25,860 nucleotides of DNA from a virus. Its lineage: Duplodnaviria > Caudoviricetes. Shown piece by piece: positions 9,501 to 19,185 of the stretch (its first letter is position 1; each line of letters begins with the position of its first letter). Made by a program: the position numbers and the translations under genes. Under the pieces are notes generated by a model. The model ran no database searches, was not told the origin of the DNA, and saw nothing but the letters and a program-made list of their open reading frames with translations. The stretch is from IMG/VR virus record IMGVR_UViG_3300032330_000451, positions 1 through 25,860 of that record. One strand, given 5' to 3'.

Positions 9501-10973
9501 GGAACATATGATATAGAATTTTCAGCACAATTAGCAAATTCAGGAGGGGATGATGTAACGGATATATGGTTAAGAAAAAATGGAATAAATGTAGATGATA
9601 GTAATACTCGTTTGACTGTAAAAGCAAACACTAATTTAGTTGCAGCTTGGAATTGGCAAGATACTGCAAATCCAAATGATGTTTTTGAAATTATGTGGTC
9701 TACAACCGGTGGTAATATGACAATTAATGCATATGGAGCAGGAACTTCACCAACAAGACCGGCTATCCCATCTTTAATTGCAACTATACATAGAATTGAC
9801 GTAGGTGGTGGTAGTAATATGATTAGTAATACTCAATTCAATCCATTTACTGCATCTATAAATCAATTTACTTCATCTCATAATACTTGGACAAGTTCTT
9901 TATCAGCAATTGGAACATTAAATGTAGATTATATTAATGCAGGTAGAATAACATCTGACCAATCGGTTGGTGTAAATAATGATATCGTATTTAATACAAC
10001 AATTGCAAATGGTGGAATACCATTAAATACATCAACAGGTGTATTTACATTAACTGCAAATAAAACATATAGAATATTTGCAGGTTTAAGTTTTAATAGT
10101 TTTAGTGATGCAACTGGCGGTTATATAATATATGATTGGGTGGATGCCACAACAAATACCTCTTTGGATACAACCGGTGTAAGTGTTGGTGTGGGTGAAG
10201 CACTTAATAGAAATGTAAGTGAATTCAATGCAACATCCGCTAATTTAATTTATACACCATCCACAAATCAAACAATAAAACTTCGTGTTGTTGGTGCATC
10301 AGGAACTGCATATATTAGAGCAGGTATTGGAACAAAAGCAACCATTGAACAAATTAATCCATCGGTAGCACTAAATCAATTTTCAACATTACAAGTTAGT
10401 GGTAGTTTGGTAGTAACGGGTTCATTAAATGCAATAGGTGGTGGAAATTTAGCAACAACGGGTTCAAATACATTTAGAGGAACGGAAACGATTAGTGGTT
10501 CATTATTAGTTAGCGGTTCAACTACATTTACAGGCTCAATCAATATTAGTAGTGGTTCAATCACAATGCTAAATAGACCTGCATTTAGAGTATATGGATT
10601 GGGAGGAGCAACTTCGGCAACAACTACACTATCAGGTAGTATGACGATAGTAGATTATAATCAAGGGGGTTGGGATAACACAACGGGTACGTTTACTGCA
10701 CCGGTTGCAGGATTATATCAAGTAAATTTAGTTTGTAGAACAAATTCAAATGCATCTACATCGGGTCAAATTATAGTGTATAAAAATCATACTGGCCCTG
10801 GAACCGGAACCACACAAGTAATGATAGAATGGGCGGCAAATACAACTATGAATCATGCGGGTGGTTCTACTATTTCTAAATTAGCAGTAGGAGATACATT
10901 AAAAACAATAGTTGCAGTGGGAACACTTACATTCGATGTAAACGATAATTTTTCAGTAGCATATATTGGATAA
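6564..10973 (+). CDS. Long Ser/Thr-rich fibre protein with several C1q/TNF-like domains
   Basis: N-terminal KRISELP fibre motif, repeated ATTGSNTFxGxxTIxGSL and LNxFTAS repeats, clear C-terminal C1q-type domain (RPAFRVY..NTTGTFTAPVAGLYQVN..LAVGD..FS) and up to three internal related domains. Confidence 0.85.
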   Translation: MANQSKRISELPSLSPASLDTTYVVGISGSTTYKISVNQLTSSLDTTFATDLVTAALSSSLDGKLSTSSFNQYTASFTASVNINTGSFATTGSNTFNGNQTISGSLFVSGTTEFGGDLVPKFPSGSTLGTALRPFKGIFVSSGSINIASDVIGDPNTTLSNVGGNILVSAGGMRLIGAASFIAVTGSFQYLSGSFTHIGAQFNIGDIVTTGSLQVSGSTVMIGNNTMQGNTLLSGSFGITGSTSFSELGNTSLLSFSSSLNSRIISATNEQSLGHLVTTSSFNSYTASISTGSLVTSITNLNTFTASQSTASLVYSINALNTFTASQSTASLVTRLNTIESVTSSYETKGRGIWSGSAQLPSGVVSGSIQVLGGSGVVSGSYETTGRSIISSSAQITSLGFTTTGSNTFIGNETITGSLNVSGSFYLNGAQFILTASVGVTTGSYYIPNNIRLSGSISSLQDVLTFTLPSNGIWEINYGGQSSNYRPNNGSGEEAYLCLTDSNNNILPNSTLLVAADNNSVYTAGASYRNYFITTNQQTLYKLRGFGSGYNELASDVTGILYKRLDYFASANVPYGTISSSAQITSFGFVSGSYLTSLSGAISSSSQLTSSYDTRYTLSGSVQPLPSNLISSSAQITAFGFISSSTTIPVGTISSSAQITSFGFVSGSYLTSLSGAISSSSQVIGILTSLNTYTASVSTGSLLTTASFNQYTASISTASLVNSINALNIFTASQSTGSLVSSIANLNTFTASISTASLVSSITNLNTFTSSNANTSLNTFTGSVVLTSSFNQYTASISTASLVSSINSLNTFTASQSTASLLTTASFNQYTASITTGSLVTTSSFNNYTASISTASLVSSITNLNNATSSYETQGRSIISSSAQITALRFVSSSVTASSIVSASSTTNVILFTKGDGSTLNVTVATGSATFVTSSFGTFHDTTTQSGSANTAYVMKLNSVDHQDGVILSGSGGMKVLQAGTYDIEFSAQLANSGGDDVTDIWLRKNGINVDDSNTRLTVKANTNLVAAWNWQDTANPNDVFEIMWSTTGGNMTINAYGAGTSPTRPAIPSLIATIHRIDVGGGSNMISNTQFNPFTASINQFTSSHNTWTSSLSAIGTLNVDYINAGRITSDQSVGVNNDIVFNTTIANGGIPLNTSTGVFTLTANKTYRIFAGLSFNSFSDATGGYIIYDWVDATTNTSLDTTGVSVGVGEALNRNVSEFNATSANLIYTPSTNQTIKLRVVGASGTAYIRAGIGTKATIEQINPSVALNQFSTLQVSGSLVVTGSLNAIGGGNLATTGSNTFRGTETISGSLLVSGSTTFTGSINISSGSITMLNRPAFRVYGLGGATSATTTLSGSMTIVDYNQGGWDNTTGTFTAPVAGLYQVNLVCRTNSNASTSGQIIVYKNHTGPGTGTTQVMIEWAANTTMNHAGGSTISKLAVGDTLKTIVAVGTLTFDVNDNFSVAYIG
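8289..8609 (+). repeat. Two copies of an identical 32-aa coding repeat (8289-8384 and 8514-8609)
   Basis: Both copies encode GTISSSAQITSFGFVSGSYLTSLSGAISSSSQ; 14 of 32 codons differ, all synonymously. Confidence 0.92.
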
Positions 10974-10979
10974 AAAAAG

Positions 10980-10988
10980 ATATTTATA
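10980..10988 (+). promoter_or_regulatory. ATATTTATA intergenic motif (candidate late promoter)
   Basis: Sits within a 19-nt gap, only 4 nt before the ATG at 10993. Confidence 0.6.
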
Positions 10989-10992
10989 GATA

Positions 10993-11808
10993 ATGGCAAA
11001 CTTAATTAGATTAAAACAAATAGAAAGTGGTTCTGCACTTCAAACATCTGCGGATATTGGAACAAATATTACCAATTCTGTAAATGATATAGTATCACAA
11101 TCTTTAGAGACAACATTTTCACAATCAATTGTTAACATTATAACAAATAATGTAGCAGCAGTTTTACCTGATGGTGTAGTATCTGGTTCATCTCAAATAT
11201 ACATTAGTGGAACAATTGGATATAATGATATAGCAACTGATATAGAGGTAGCAATAGTAAGTTCTTCAATTTCAGCATCACAACTTTTAATATCAGCATC
11301 AATAAGTTCTTCAATTGCATCAACATTAAGTGGAAGTTTATTATCAGTAACGAATTTAAGTTCATCAGTTAGTATAAGTTTAAATTTATTAAGTTCATCT
11401 ATACAAAGTGTAACAGGAGATTTTAGTTCATCGGTAGCTAGAACATTTGCAACTCAAAGTTCAAATCTGACATCAGTAAGTTCTTCATTAAATGCATTTA
11501 CATCTTCAATTGGATTAACAATAAAACAAAAATTAAATACAGAAAATGTAGTAACATCATCTCGTCAATTAGATGGACAAGTTATTAACAATTTAATAAT
11601 CGGAACAACAGGAGATGCATACTCATTAATAGTAAGTGGAGCATTGGCAGTTGTAGATGCAGATATCACAATAAGTGGTTCTCAATACAATGTTGGTGGT
11701 CAAATTTTTGTTAATGGGTTGACAGGTTCAGCAGGAAACCCACCATCCGAACCATATGATAATAGTGGAAATCCACAAGCAGATATTATTGACCAGGGTG
11801 AATGGTAA
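10993..11808 (+). CDS. Ser-rich fibre/adaptor-like virion protein
   Basis: 271 aa; MANLIRLKQI start, GVVSGSSQ repeat shared with the other fibres, Ser-rich helical middle, C-terminal IIDQGEW. Confidence 0.75.
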   Translation: MANLIRLKQIESGSALQTSADIGTNITNSVNDIVSQSLETTFSQSIVNIITNNVAAVLPDGVVSGSSQIYISGTIGYNDIATDIEVAIVSSSISASQLLISASISSSIASTLSGSLLSVTNLSSSVSISLNLLSSSIQSVTGDFSSSVARTFATQSSNLTSVSSSLNAFTSSIGLTIKQKLNTENVVTSSRQLDGQVINNLIIGTTGDAYSLIVSGALAVVDADITISGSQYNVGGQIFVNGLTGSAGNPPSEPYDNSGNPQADIIDQGEW

Positions 11809-11859
11809 TATTATAAAATAAAATATTGATAAAATTAAATATTATTTAAAATAAATTCT

Positions 11860-11868
11860 ATATTTATA
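11860..11868 (+). promoter_or_regulatory. ATATTTATA intergenic motif (candidate late promoter)
   Basis: In the AT-rich gap, 42 nt upstream of the ATG at 11911. Confidence 0.55.
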
Positions 11869-11910
11869 GTGGAATAACCACAAATTTAAGTAGAATAACC
11901 AAAAATATAC

Positions 11911-14403
11911 ATGGCACAAATCATTAAACACAAAAGGGGTAGTTTACAATCCCTAGCAGCAGTAACATCATCCCTTCAAAAAGGTGAATTGATTATAGCA
12001 TCAGGTTCATCTCTCTTATCATCTTCACAAAATGGTTCATCAATTGTATTTGCGGTTGTAGAGAGTGGCTCTGTTCAGGCAGTAAATAGAATTATGAGAG
12101 GAACTGGTTCAGTTGCTCCTATATTTTCATCATCTATATACAATGGATTAGTAGATGGTGTTCCTTATTATGCAAGTGGTAGTCAAACTTTATTCCTTTT
12201 AGGTAGTGATAGAAATACCGCAATTGACCTAACAGGTAATATTGGAGTATTTTCAGGTTCAGTAGCAGCATCGGTTACAAGTTTAAGTGCAAGTATTGCA
12301 GCTAATACGGGTATATTTACTCCAACTAGTTCTGCAGCAACAGTAACAGGTTCAGTATATAGAACTCAAAATACTTTAGAAATTACAGGTAGTGTTAGAG
12401 TAAGTGGAACAATTGACCCGGATAATGTGACAGTTGGTATTCCATCTTCAAATGCATGGCAAAGTGGATTGAGTGGTTCTTATTTTAATAACTTTACTTC
12501 TGAAACAAATGTATCTGAAATATTGAGATTTGTTGCAGGATTATTATCATCGTCAGCACCGGACGCATCACCAAATACAAGAACATATAGCACATATAGT
12601 TCTGCGGCTGCAAACACAACAACAGGTACTGCATTGACAGGATATATTCCACAAACATCTACAAATACAACAATTACTTATTTAAATAGTAAAGGATTTG
12701 CAACTGCAGGTTCTACAATTTTTAGTGGTGTTACTCCAATTTATACAGACTCATTATATCAAATTAGTTATACATCAGTAGCAGCTGGAACTACAATAGT
12801 AACATCATCTGCAGATGCACAATTATTTGGATTGGGTGTATTAAGTAATGGTTCACCTACAAACTTTAAAGTAAGTGGTTCATTTACTCATAGATTTAAA
12901 GATAATAGCACAAAAACGGATACTGCAACTTCTTCATCACAAGTAGTAATTACTCAAACAGGAGCGGGAACTACAAATGGTGTAAGTTTAGCAAAAATAA
13001 ATACAGCTAACTCAGCAGTAATTCCTGCAGCATATCAAGATGGTAAATTTGCATCATCTTTACCACAAAAAGTATATATAACAGGTTCTACTTCTACAAT
13101 AAATGTAAGTGGATACTATGATATAACTGCATCAATTGCATTGGCAAGTGGTTCATCGGGATATACAACACCGATAACTGTTTCGGCGGGTTTATTCTAC
13201 GCACCATTATCAACGATTTCAACAAATATTCCTGTTCAAACATCGGCAACGGGTAGCACTACATTATCATATGTATCTGCAACATCTCGTTCATTAAGTG
13301 GAGCACCTTATTTATTAACTTCAACTTATACTATATCATCATCCGTAACAAACTTATTCAACCCATTATTCTATAACGGAACGGTTGGTTCAATTGCATT
13401 AAGTGGAACGGGTATAGTAGCAACATCTGGTGTAACATCGGTTGCAACATCAGGAGGAACAATATCAACTGCAAATGGTGTTTTTGATACTACAAATACA
13501 ACAGTAAGAGCTACTTCTACAATTCCATTTGAAACGGATATAGTTAGATTAAATGGATTATATACATTTGGTGGAACTGCAAATATTACAAATATTGGTC
13601 AATCATCAAACACTCCATTAACTTGGACTGCAACGATGAATGGTGTAAACTATAATAATGGTTCATCTGTATCAAAAATAAATACATTTAACTATCACAA
13701 CGCAGGAGATTTTGGACAACCGGCATCTTCAGGTTCATTGGCATACTATACAAGAACACAAGGAGCGGATACATCAACTGCATTGATTGAATCATTTACG
13801 GGTGAAAACTATCGTATTCAATTAGCAGATAACGTATTAGCATTTAATGGAACGGCTGCATCAACTACATTTGGATTATATACATATGGTGCAAATGATT
13901 TACAAGTTAAACCAGGATATTTGGTAAGACCAGGTGGAGCATATGGATATTGGTTAGGTGACCCGGATACTTCAAAAACTTTCAAATATTATGTTCGTAA
14001 GTTTACAACATCAGGAACTAAAACTTCTATGACATTGAACTTAGGACAAACATTAGTAAACTGGGGAACTACAACAAACAACGCAATAGGAGCATTAATA
14101 TTATTTGAATCATCTGGTACAAACGTATACGGAGCAGGTAATGCAAGATTATTTGACCCATCGGATTTATTGACAAATTTTGTTGGAAGTAAAACGGCAA
14201 ACACAGACGGACAAAATCCATTTGGTTCGAATTTCCAATTATATGGTAATACCGGTGGTTCATTAGCAACTACAACTTATACTATTCCTCTAAGAAATGG
14301 TGATGGTATGGCATTAAACGCAACTTATACAAACATATATGTGATTGTAAGATATAAAGGAGACCCTACACCGGTTACATCAATTACAACAACATTTAGT
14401 TAA
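11911..14403 (+). CDS. Large Ser/Thr/Gly-rich beta-structured virion protein with IKHKRG..GEL N-terminal module
   Basis: 830 aa; N-terminus MAQIIKHKRGS...LQKGELII resembles fibre attachment modules; body rich in S/T/G and aromatic residues. Confidence 0.78.
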   Translation: MAQIIKHKRGSLQSLAAVTSSLQKGELIIASGSSLLSSSQNGSSIVFAVVESGSVQAVNRIMRGTGSVAPIFSSSIYNGLVDGVPYYASGSQTLFLLGSDRNTAIDLTGNIGVFSGSVAASVTSLSASIAANTGIFTPTSSAATVTGSVYRTQNTLEITGSVRVSGTIDPDNVTVGIPSSNAWQSGLSGSYFNNFTSETNVSEILRFVAGLLSSSAPDASPNTRTYSTYSSAAANTTTGTALTGYIPQTSTNTTITYLNSKGFATAGSTIFSGVTPIYTDSLYQISYTSVAAGTTIVTSSADAQLFGLGVLSNGSPTNFKVSGSFTHRFKDNSTKTDTATSSSQVVITQTGAGTTNGVSLAKINTANSAVIPAAYQDGKFASSLPQKVYITGSTSTINVSGYYDITASIALASGSSGYTTPITVSAGLFYAPLSTISTNIPVQTSATGSTTLSYVSATSRSLSGAPYLLTSTYTISSSVTNLFNPLFYNGTVGSIALSGTGIVATSGVTSVATSGGTISTANGVFDTTNTTVRATSTIPFETDIVRLNGLYTFGGTANITNIGQSSNTPLTWTATMNGVNYNNGSSVSKINTFNYHNAGDFGQPASSGSLAYYTRTQGADTSTALIESFTGENYRIQLADNVLAFNGTAASTTFGLYTYGANDLQVKPGYLVRPGGAYGYWLGDPDTSKTFKYYVRKFTTSGTKTSMTLNLGQTLVNWGTTTNNAIGALILFESSGTNVYGAGNARLFDPSDLLTNFVGSKTANTDGQNPFGSNFQLYGNTGGSLATTTYTIPLRNGDGMALNATYTNIYVIVRYKGDPTPVTSITTTFS

Positions 14404-14429
14404 TAATTAAAGAATAACAAAGATATAAA

Positions 14430-17400
14430 ATGGCAATAGATAAATTATCCAAATCCAATAGGCTCCTTCAAAGTAGAAGATATACACATGATGCTTATAC
14501 TGACTCTCAGGAAGCGTTTACATCCACATTGGACATAAATGCAAATGAGGTATATGTTGACCAAAGTTTAATACCTTCTACTGGATTACCTTTTAGTGGT
14601 AGTGCACAAAGTGGGTCTATATATTCGGTGAATGGTCAGTCTGTAATGCAATATTATTACAGAGCAGGATTAACTCGTTCGGATTTAGTAAGTAGTTCTA
14701 AAAGTGAGGTTTGGTTTTTGTTATCCAACTCAACCGCATCAGCCGCAGGTATTGGAGCTCAGTTAATTGACCCGAATCAACAAACAAATTTTATATCTCC
14801 AAAATATAGTGCAGTATCATTAGCAAACGCAAACGCTGAAGATGCAACTCCAGGTTTTGGTGTAAAAGTATTCGTATCATCAGCAACTTCATCAGCAGGT
14901 GTGGTATCAGGTGACCAAGTTTCAACTAACAACTATACATTTGACTATAAGACTGGTGTTTTAGAATTTACTAATAACACGGTAGCACCAACTACATCTC
15001 AATATGTTTACCTTTCAGGATATCAATATAAAGGTAGAGTATTAAGTGATAGTATTACAAACGTATCTGCATCAATTCTAGCTTTATCTGCATCAGTAGG
15101 TGGAGGTGGAGGTGGTTCATTAAGTAGTAGAGTAGACCAATTAGCAGCAGCAACTGCATCAATAAATAGTTTTACTGCATCTAATGGTATTACATCATTA
15201 AATACATATACTGCGTCAAATGATACAAAGTGGACAACACTTCAAACATTTACCGCATCTCAAGAAACAAAAGATTCAACATTAGCAACTTATACTGCAT
15301 CAATCAATACTAAATTTTCTACATTAGGAAATTTAACTGGTTCATATGCAACTACCGGTTCTAATATATTTTACGGAACTCAAACTATTACGGGTTCATT
15401 ATTTGTAACACAAGATTTAATAGTAGGTGGTTCATCTTCTATTCAAAATATTAGTGCATCTAGATTAGACATTGGTGATAACATCATCGAATTAAATACT
15501 GCTCAACCAGCATTAAGATTTGGTGGTATTGCAGTAGCTGATTCGGGTTCATCACCAAGAATTTCCGGTTCATTATTATTTGATTCACAAGATAATGAGT
15601 GGATATTTGTTCACCAACACATTTCAGGCGCAGCAGTAACATCATCAACTTTAATTACTGGTCCTGAAACTTATAATAATGTAGGAAATGAAACGCATTT
15701 ATTGGAAAATAGAATTCCAAAGATGCAAAACGGATTCCATATCTATGATTCAAATATCACAGATAATGGTTCGGTTGTTTCAATTAACTCAAATACACAA
15801 GTAACTGGTTCATTAGTAGTATCTAATGGTATTACTGGACAAATAAACGCAACTAACGGAGTAATAAGTAGTTCGGCTCAAGTAACATTATCATCTACAA
15901 CCGGATATACAACATTTAGTCAATCGATTGCAACAACTGATTCAGCATCGGCAGCATCATTGACAAGTTTAAGTAGTTCAGTATCTGCTTCAATATACGC
16001 ATTATCTGCATCAGTAGGTAGTGGTAATGTTGGAAGTTCAATCACAAACTTAAACGCATTTAGTGCATCTCAACAAACTAAAGATAATACATTACAATCA
16101 TATACCTCATCAATTGACGCTAAATTTACAACATTAGCATCTTATACAGGTTCAATTGACGGACATATTTTTGATATTAATAGTAAGACTGGTTCCTTTG
16201 AAGCTAAATTTACAACTTTAGCATCGGTAACTGCATCTGCATTAAATAGATTAAGTAGAGTTGAAGAAAGCACGGCATCTTTAAATTTATATACAGCATC
16301 TGCAACTATAAGATTAAATAACTTAGAAAGCACATCTGCAAGTATAAATTTAAAATTTGATACGATTCAAAACTATACTTCATCTGTAAACACTAGATTT
16401 ACAAGAATTGAAGAATCAACTGCAAGTTTAAATTCATTTACTGCAAGTAACGGAATTACTTCGTTAAACTCATATACGCAAAGTAATACAACAACTATAA
16501 ACGCATATAGTGCAAGATTAACTAGATTAGAAGAATCTACTGCATCTTTAAACGCATATTCTCGTTCTATTAGTGGTTCTATTGACAACATAAACGCATA
16601 TACTCAATCTAACAATACTACAATTACTGCACAAAATGCAAGAATGAGTAGATTGGAAGAAAGCACATATTCACTAAACGCATTTTCAGCAAGCACATTA
16701 GGGCATATTAGTGATATTAATACTAAGACTGGTTCTTTTGAAGCTAAGTTTGTTAATATTCAAGCATCAACTGCATCTTTAAATTCATTCACATCTTCAC
16801 AAGCGACAACAAATACAGCAAATTCAAATCGCTTTACAAGAATTGAAGAATCTACTGCATCGATAAATCTATTCACTGCAAGTAACGCAAATACTTCTTT
16901 AAATAGTTATACTTCTTCAAACGACACTACTAATACTAACCAAAACAATAGATTAAGTAGATTAGAAGAAAGCACATCATCTTTAAATAATTTTACAGGT
17001 TCTACTTTTGTAACATTTAGTAGTTCGGTATCAAGTTCAATTACTGCATTAAGTGCATCAATAGGAACTGGAACAATTGGTAGTTCAGTAACACAATTAA
17101 ACGCAGCATCTGCATCTTTACAATCATTTACTTCATCACAAGAAGCTAAGGATGTAATCATTGGAAACTATACATCTTCAATGAACGCATTCAGTGCATC
17201 TCAATTAACTAAAGATAGCACATTAGCATTATATACTGCAAGTATTGATACCAAATTCACAACTCTTCAAACTTTAACGGCTTCAATGGCTGCACAAGTT
17301 TTAAGAATACAAGAATCAACTGCAAGTTTAAATTTATATACATCTTCACAAGATACTAAAAATAGCACATTAGCATTATACACTGCGTCAGTAGATTCTA

Positions 17401-19160
17401 AATTTACAACAATACAAAGTGTAACTGCATCATTTAATACTGCTACTGCAAGTTTAAATACATTTACTGCAAGCACATTAGGACATATTGCAGATATCAA
17501 TGCATGGACTGCATCTCAAGTTTCTAAAGATTCAACTTTAGCAACTTATACTGCAAGTATTGATTCTAAATTTGGAGCAGTTCAAGCATCTACCGCATCA
17601 TTAAACGCATTTACAGCATCTCAGGCATTAACTGAATCTGCACAAAATGCAAGAATGAGTAGATTGGAAGAATCAACTGCAAGTTTAAACTCATATACTT
17701 CTTCACAAGACGCTAAGAATTTAACTCTTCAAACTTTAACTGCTTCAATGGCAGCTCAAGTTAGTAGATTACAAGAATCAACTGCAAGTTTAAATATTTT
17801 CTCAGCATCTATAAATGGACATGTTGCAGATGTAAATACTTGGTCAGCATCGGTTAAAGGACATATATCGGATTTAAACACATATACATCTTCATTAAGA
17901 GCAGCAATTACTGCAAGTGGTGTTGATATAACTGTAAATGGTAACACTACAATTAAAGGTAACTTATTTGTACAAGGAACACAGACAGTTGTTGATTCTA
18001 CAACAGTAAACATTGCAGATAATATATTAGTATTAAACGCAGCAGGTAGTTCTGATGGTGGTTTACAAGTAAGAGACGCAACCGGTGTTTCAACTACTTC
18101 TGGTTCTTTACTTTGGGATGTAACTAACGATTATTGGAAAGTAGGAAAATTAGGAAGTGAATCACAAATATTGACTGCAGGTGGAATGGGTGTAGTGAGT
18201 GGTTCTTCACAAATTACAATTTCTTCTACAACAGGATATTCTACATTTAGTTCTTCAATTGCAACTGACTTTAGTGCAAGTAACGCAATAATTACCGCAG
18301 TATCACAATCATTAGGTGGTGGAACAACTGGTAATAGATTAACTAGATTAGAAGAAAGCACCGCAAGTTTAAACGCATTCAGTGCATCACAATTAACAAA
18401 AGATTCAACTTTACAAAGTTATACTGCAAGTATTGATTCTAAATTTACAACTCTTCAAACTTTAACTGCTTCAATGGCAGCACAGGTTGCAAGATTACAA
18501 GAATCAACTGCTTCATTAAACTTATATACTTCTTCACAAGATACTAAAAATACTACATTAGGTTTATATACTGCAAGTATTGATAGTAAGAATACTACAT
18601 TAGCCGGTGTAACTGCATCATTCAATACTGCAACTGCTTCATTGAATACATTCTCTGCAAGTATAAATGGACATGTTGCTGATATAAACGCATGGACTGC
18701 ATCTCAAGCTACTAAGAATTCAACATTATCAACTTATACTGCAAGTGTTGACGCTAAGATTTTAAGAATACAAGAATCAACTGCAAGTTTAAACGCATTT
18801 ACTCAATCGGCACCGACAACTTATGAAGGTAGAGCAAGTGCAACTAAAGTATTAGTATCGGGTTCATCTCAAATTGATATTACACAAACAACCAACTATA
18901 CAACATTTAGTGGTTCAATTGCATCGTCAATTAGTGCATCGGTTGCAGGAGCAACTTGGGCAAATATAAGTGGAAAACCTGCAGGATTAGTAAGTGGTTC
19001 ATCACAAGTATTATTGACATCAGCTAATAATAGTGGATTTAGCACAACATATGTTTCGGAAGGAACTAATGAATACTATACTACTGGTAAAGTACAAGGT
19101 GTAGTAACTGACACTTATATTAGAAATACATTAACATTGATAGACGGAGGAACATATTAA
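14430..19160 (+). CDS. Long fibre protein with coiled-coil LNxFTAS / RLEESTAS repeats
   Basis: 1576 aa; globular N-terminal region (NYTFDYKTGVLEF..YLSGYQYKG), long repeat stalks, GNLFVQGTQTVVDST..ADN fibre module, C-terminal IDGGTY. Confidence 0.85.
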   Translation: MAIDKLSKSNRLLQSRRYTHDAYTDSQEAFTSTLDINANEVYVDQSLIPSTGLPFSGSAQSGSIYSVNGQSVMQYYYRAGLTRSDLVSSSKSEVWFLLSNSTASAAGIGAQLIDPNQQTNFISPKYSAVSLANANAEDATPGFGVKVFVSSATSSAGVVSGDQVSTNNYTFDYKTGVLEFTNNTVAPTTSQYVYLSGYQYKGRVLSDSITNVSASILALSASVGGGGGGSLSSRVDQLAAATASINSFTASNGITSLNTYTASNDTKWTTLQTFTASQETKDSTLATYTASINTKFSTLGNLTGSYATTGSNIFYGTQTITGSLFVTQDLIVGGSSSIQNISASRLDIGDNIIELNTAQPALRFGGIAVADSGSSPRISGSLLFDSQDNEWIFVHQHISGAAVTSSTLITGPETYNNVGNETHLLENRIPKMQNGFHIYDSNITDNGSVVSINSNTQVTGSLVVSNGITGQINATNGVISSSAQVTLSSTTGYTTFSQSIATTDSASAASLTSLSSSVSASIYALSASVGSGNVGSSITNLNAFSASQQTKDNTLQSYTSSIDAKFTTLASYTGSIDGHIFDINSKTGSFEAKFTTLASVTASALNRLSRVEESTASLNLYTASATIRLNNLESTSASINLKFDTIQNYTSSVNTRFTRIEESTASLNSFTASNGITSLNSYTQSNTTTINAYSARLTRLEESTASLNAYSRSISGSIDNINAYTQSNNTTITAQNARMSRLEESTYSLNAFSASTLGHISDINTKTGSFEAKFVNIQASTASLNSFTSSQATTNTANSNRFTRIEESTASINLFTASNANTSLNSYTSSNDTTNTNQNNRLSRLEESTSSLNNFTGSTFVTFSSSVSSSITALSASIGTGTIGSSVTQLNAASASLQSFTSSQEAKDVIIGNYTSSMNAFSASQLTKDSTLALYTASIDTKFTTLQTLTASMAAQVLRIQESTASLNLYTSSQDTKNSTLALYTASVDSKFTTIQSVTASFNTATASLNTFTASTLGHIADINAWTASQVSKDSTLATYTASIDSKFGAVQASTASLNAFTASQALTESAQNARMSRLEESTASLNSYTSSQDAKNLTLQTLTASMAAQVSRLQESTASLNIFSASINGHVADVNTWSASVKGHISDLNTYTSSLRAAITASGVDITVNGNTTIKGNLFVQGTQTVVDSTTVNIADNILVLNAAGSSDGGLQVRDATGVSTTSGSLLWDVTNDYWKVGKLGSESQILTAGGMGVVSGSSQITISSTTGYSTFSSSIATDFSASNAIITAVSQSLGGGTTGNRLTRLEESTASLNAFSASQLTKDSTLQSYTASIDSKFTTLQTLTASMAAQVARLQESTASLNLYTSSQDTKNTTLGLYTASIDSKNTTLAGVTASFNTATASLNTFSASINGHVADINAWTASQATKNSTLSTYTASVDAKILRIQESTASLNAFTQSAPTTYEGRASATKVLVSGSSQIDITQTTNYTTFSGSIASSISASVAGATWANISGKPAGLVSGSSQVLLTSANNSGFSTTYVSEGTNEYYTTGKVQGVVTDTYIRNTLTLIDGGTY
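17723..17782 (+). repeat. 60-bp exact direct repeat, copy 1 (copy 2 at 22063-22122 in a different gene)
   Basis: aactcttcaaactttaactgcttcaatggcagctcaagttagtagattacaagaatcaac is identical at both loci. Confidence 0.9.
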
Positions 19161-19185
19161 TAAAACATATAAAGAAAAATAAATA

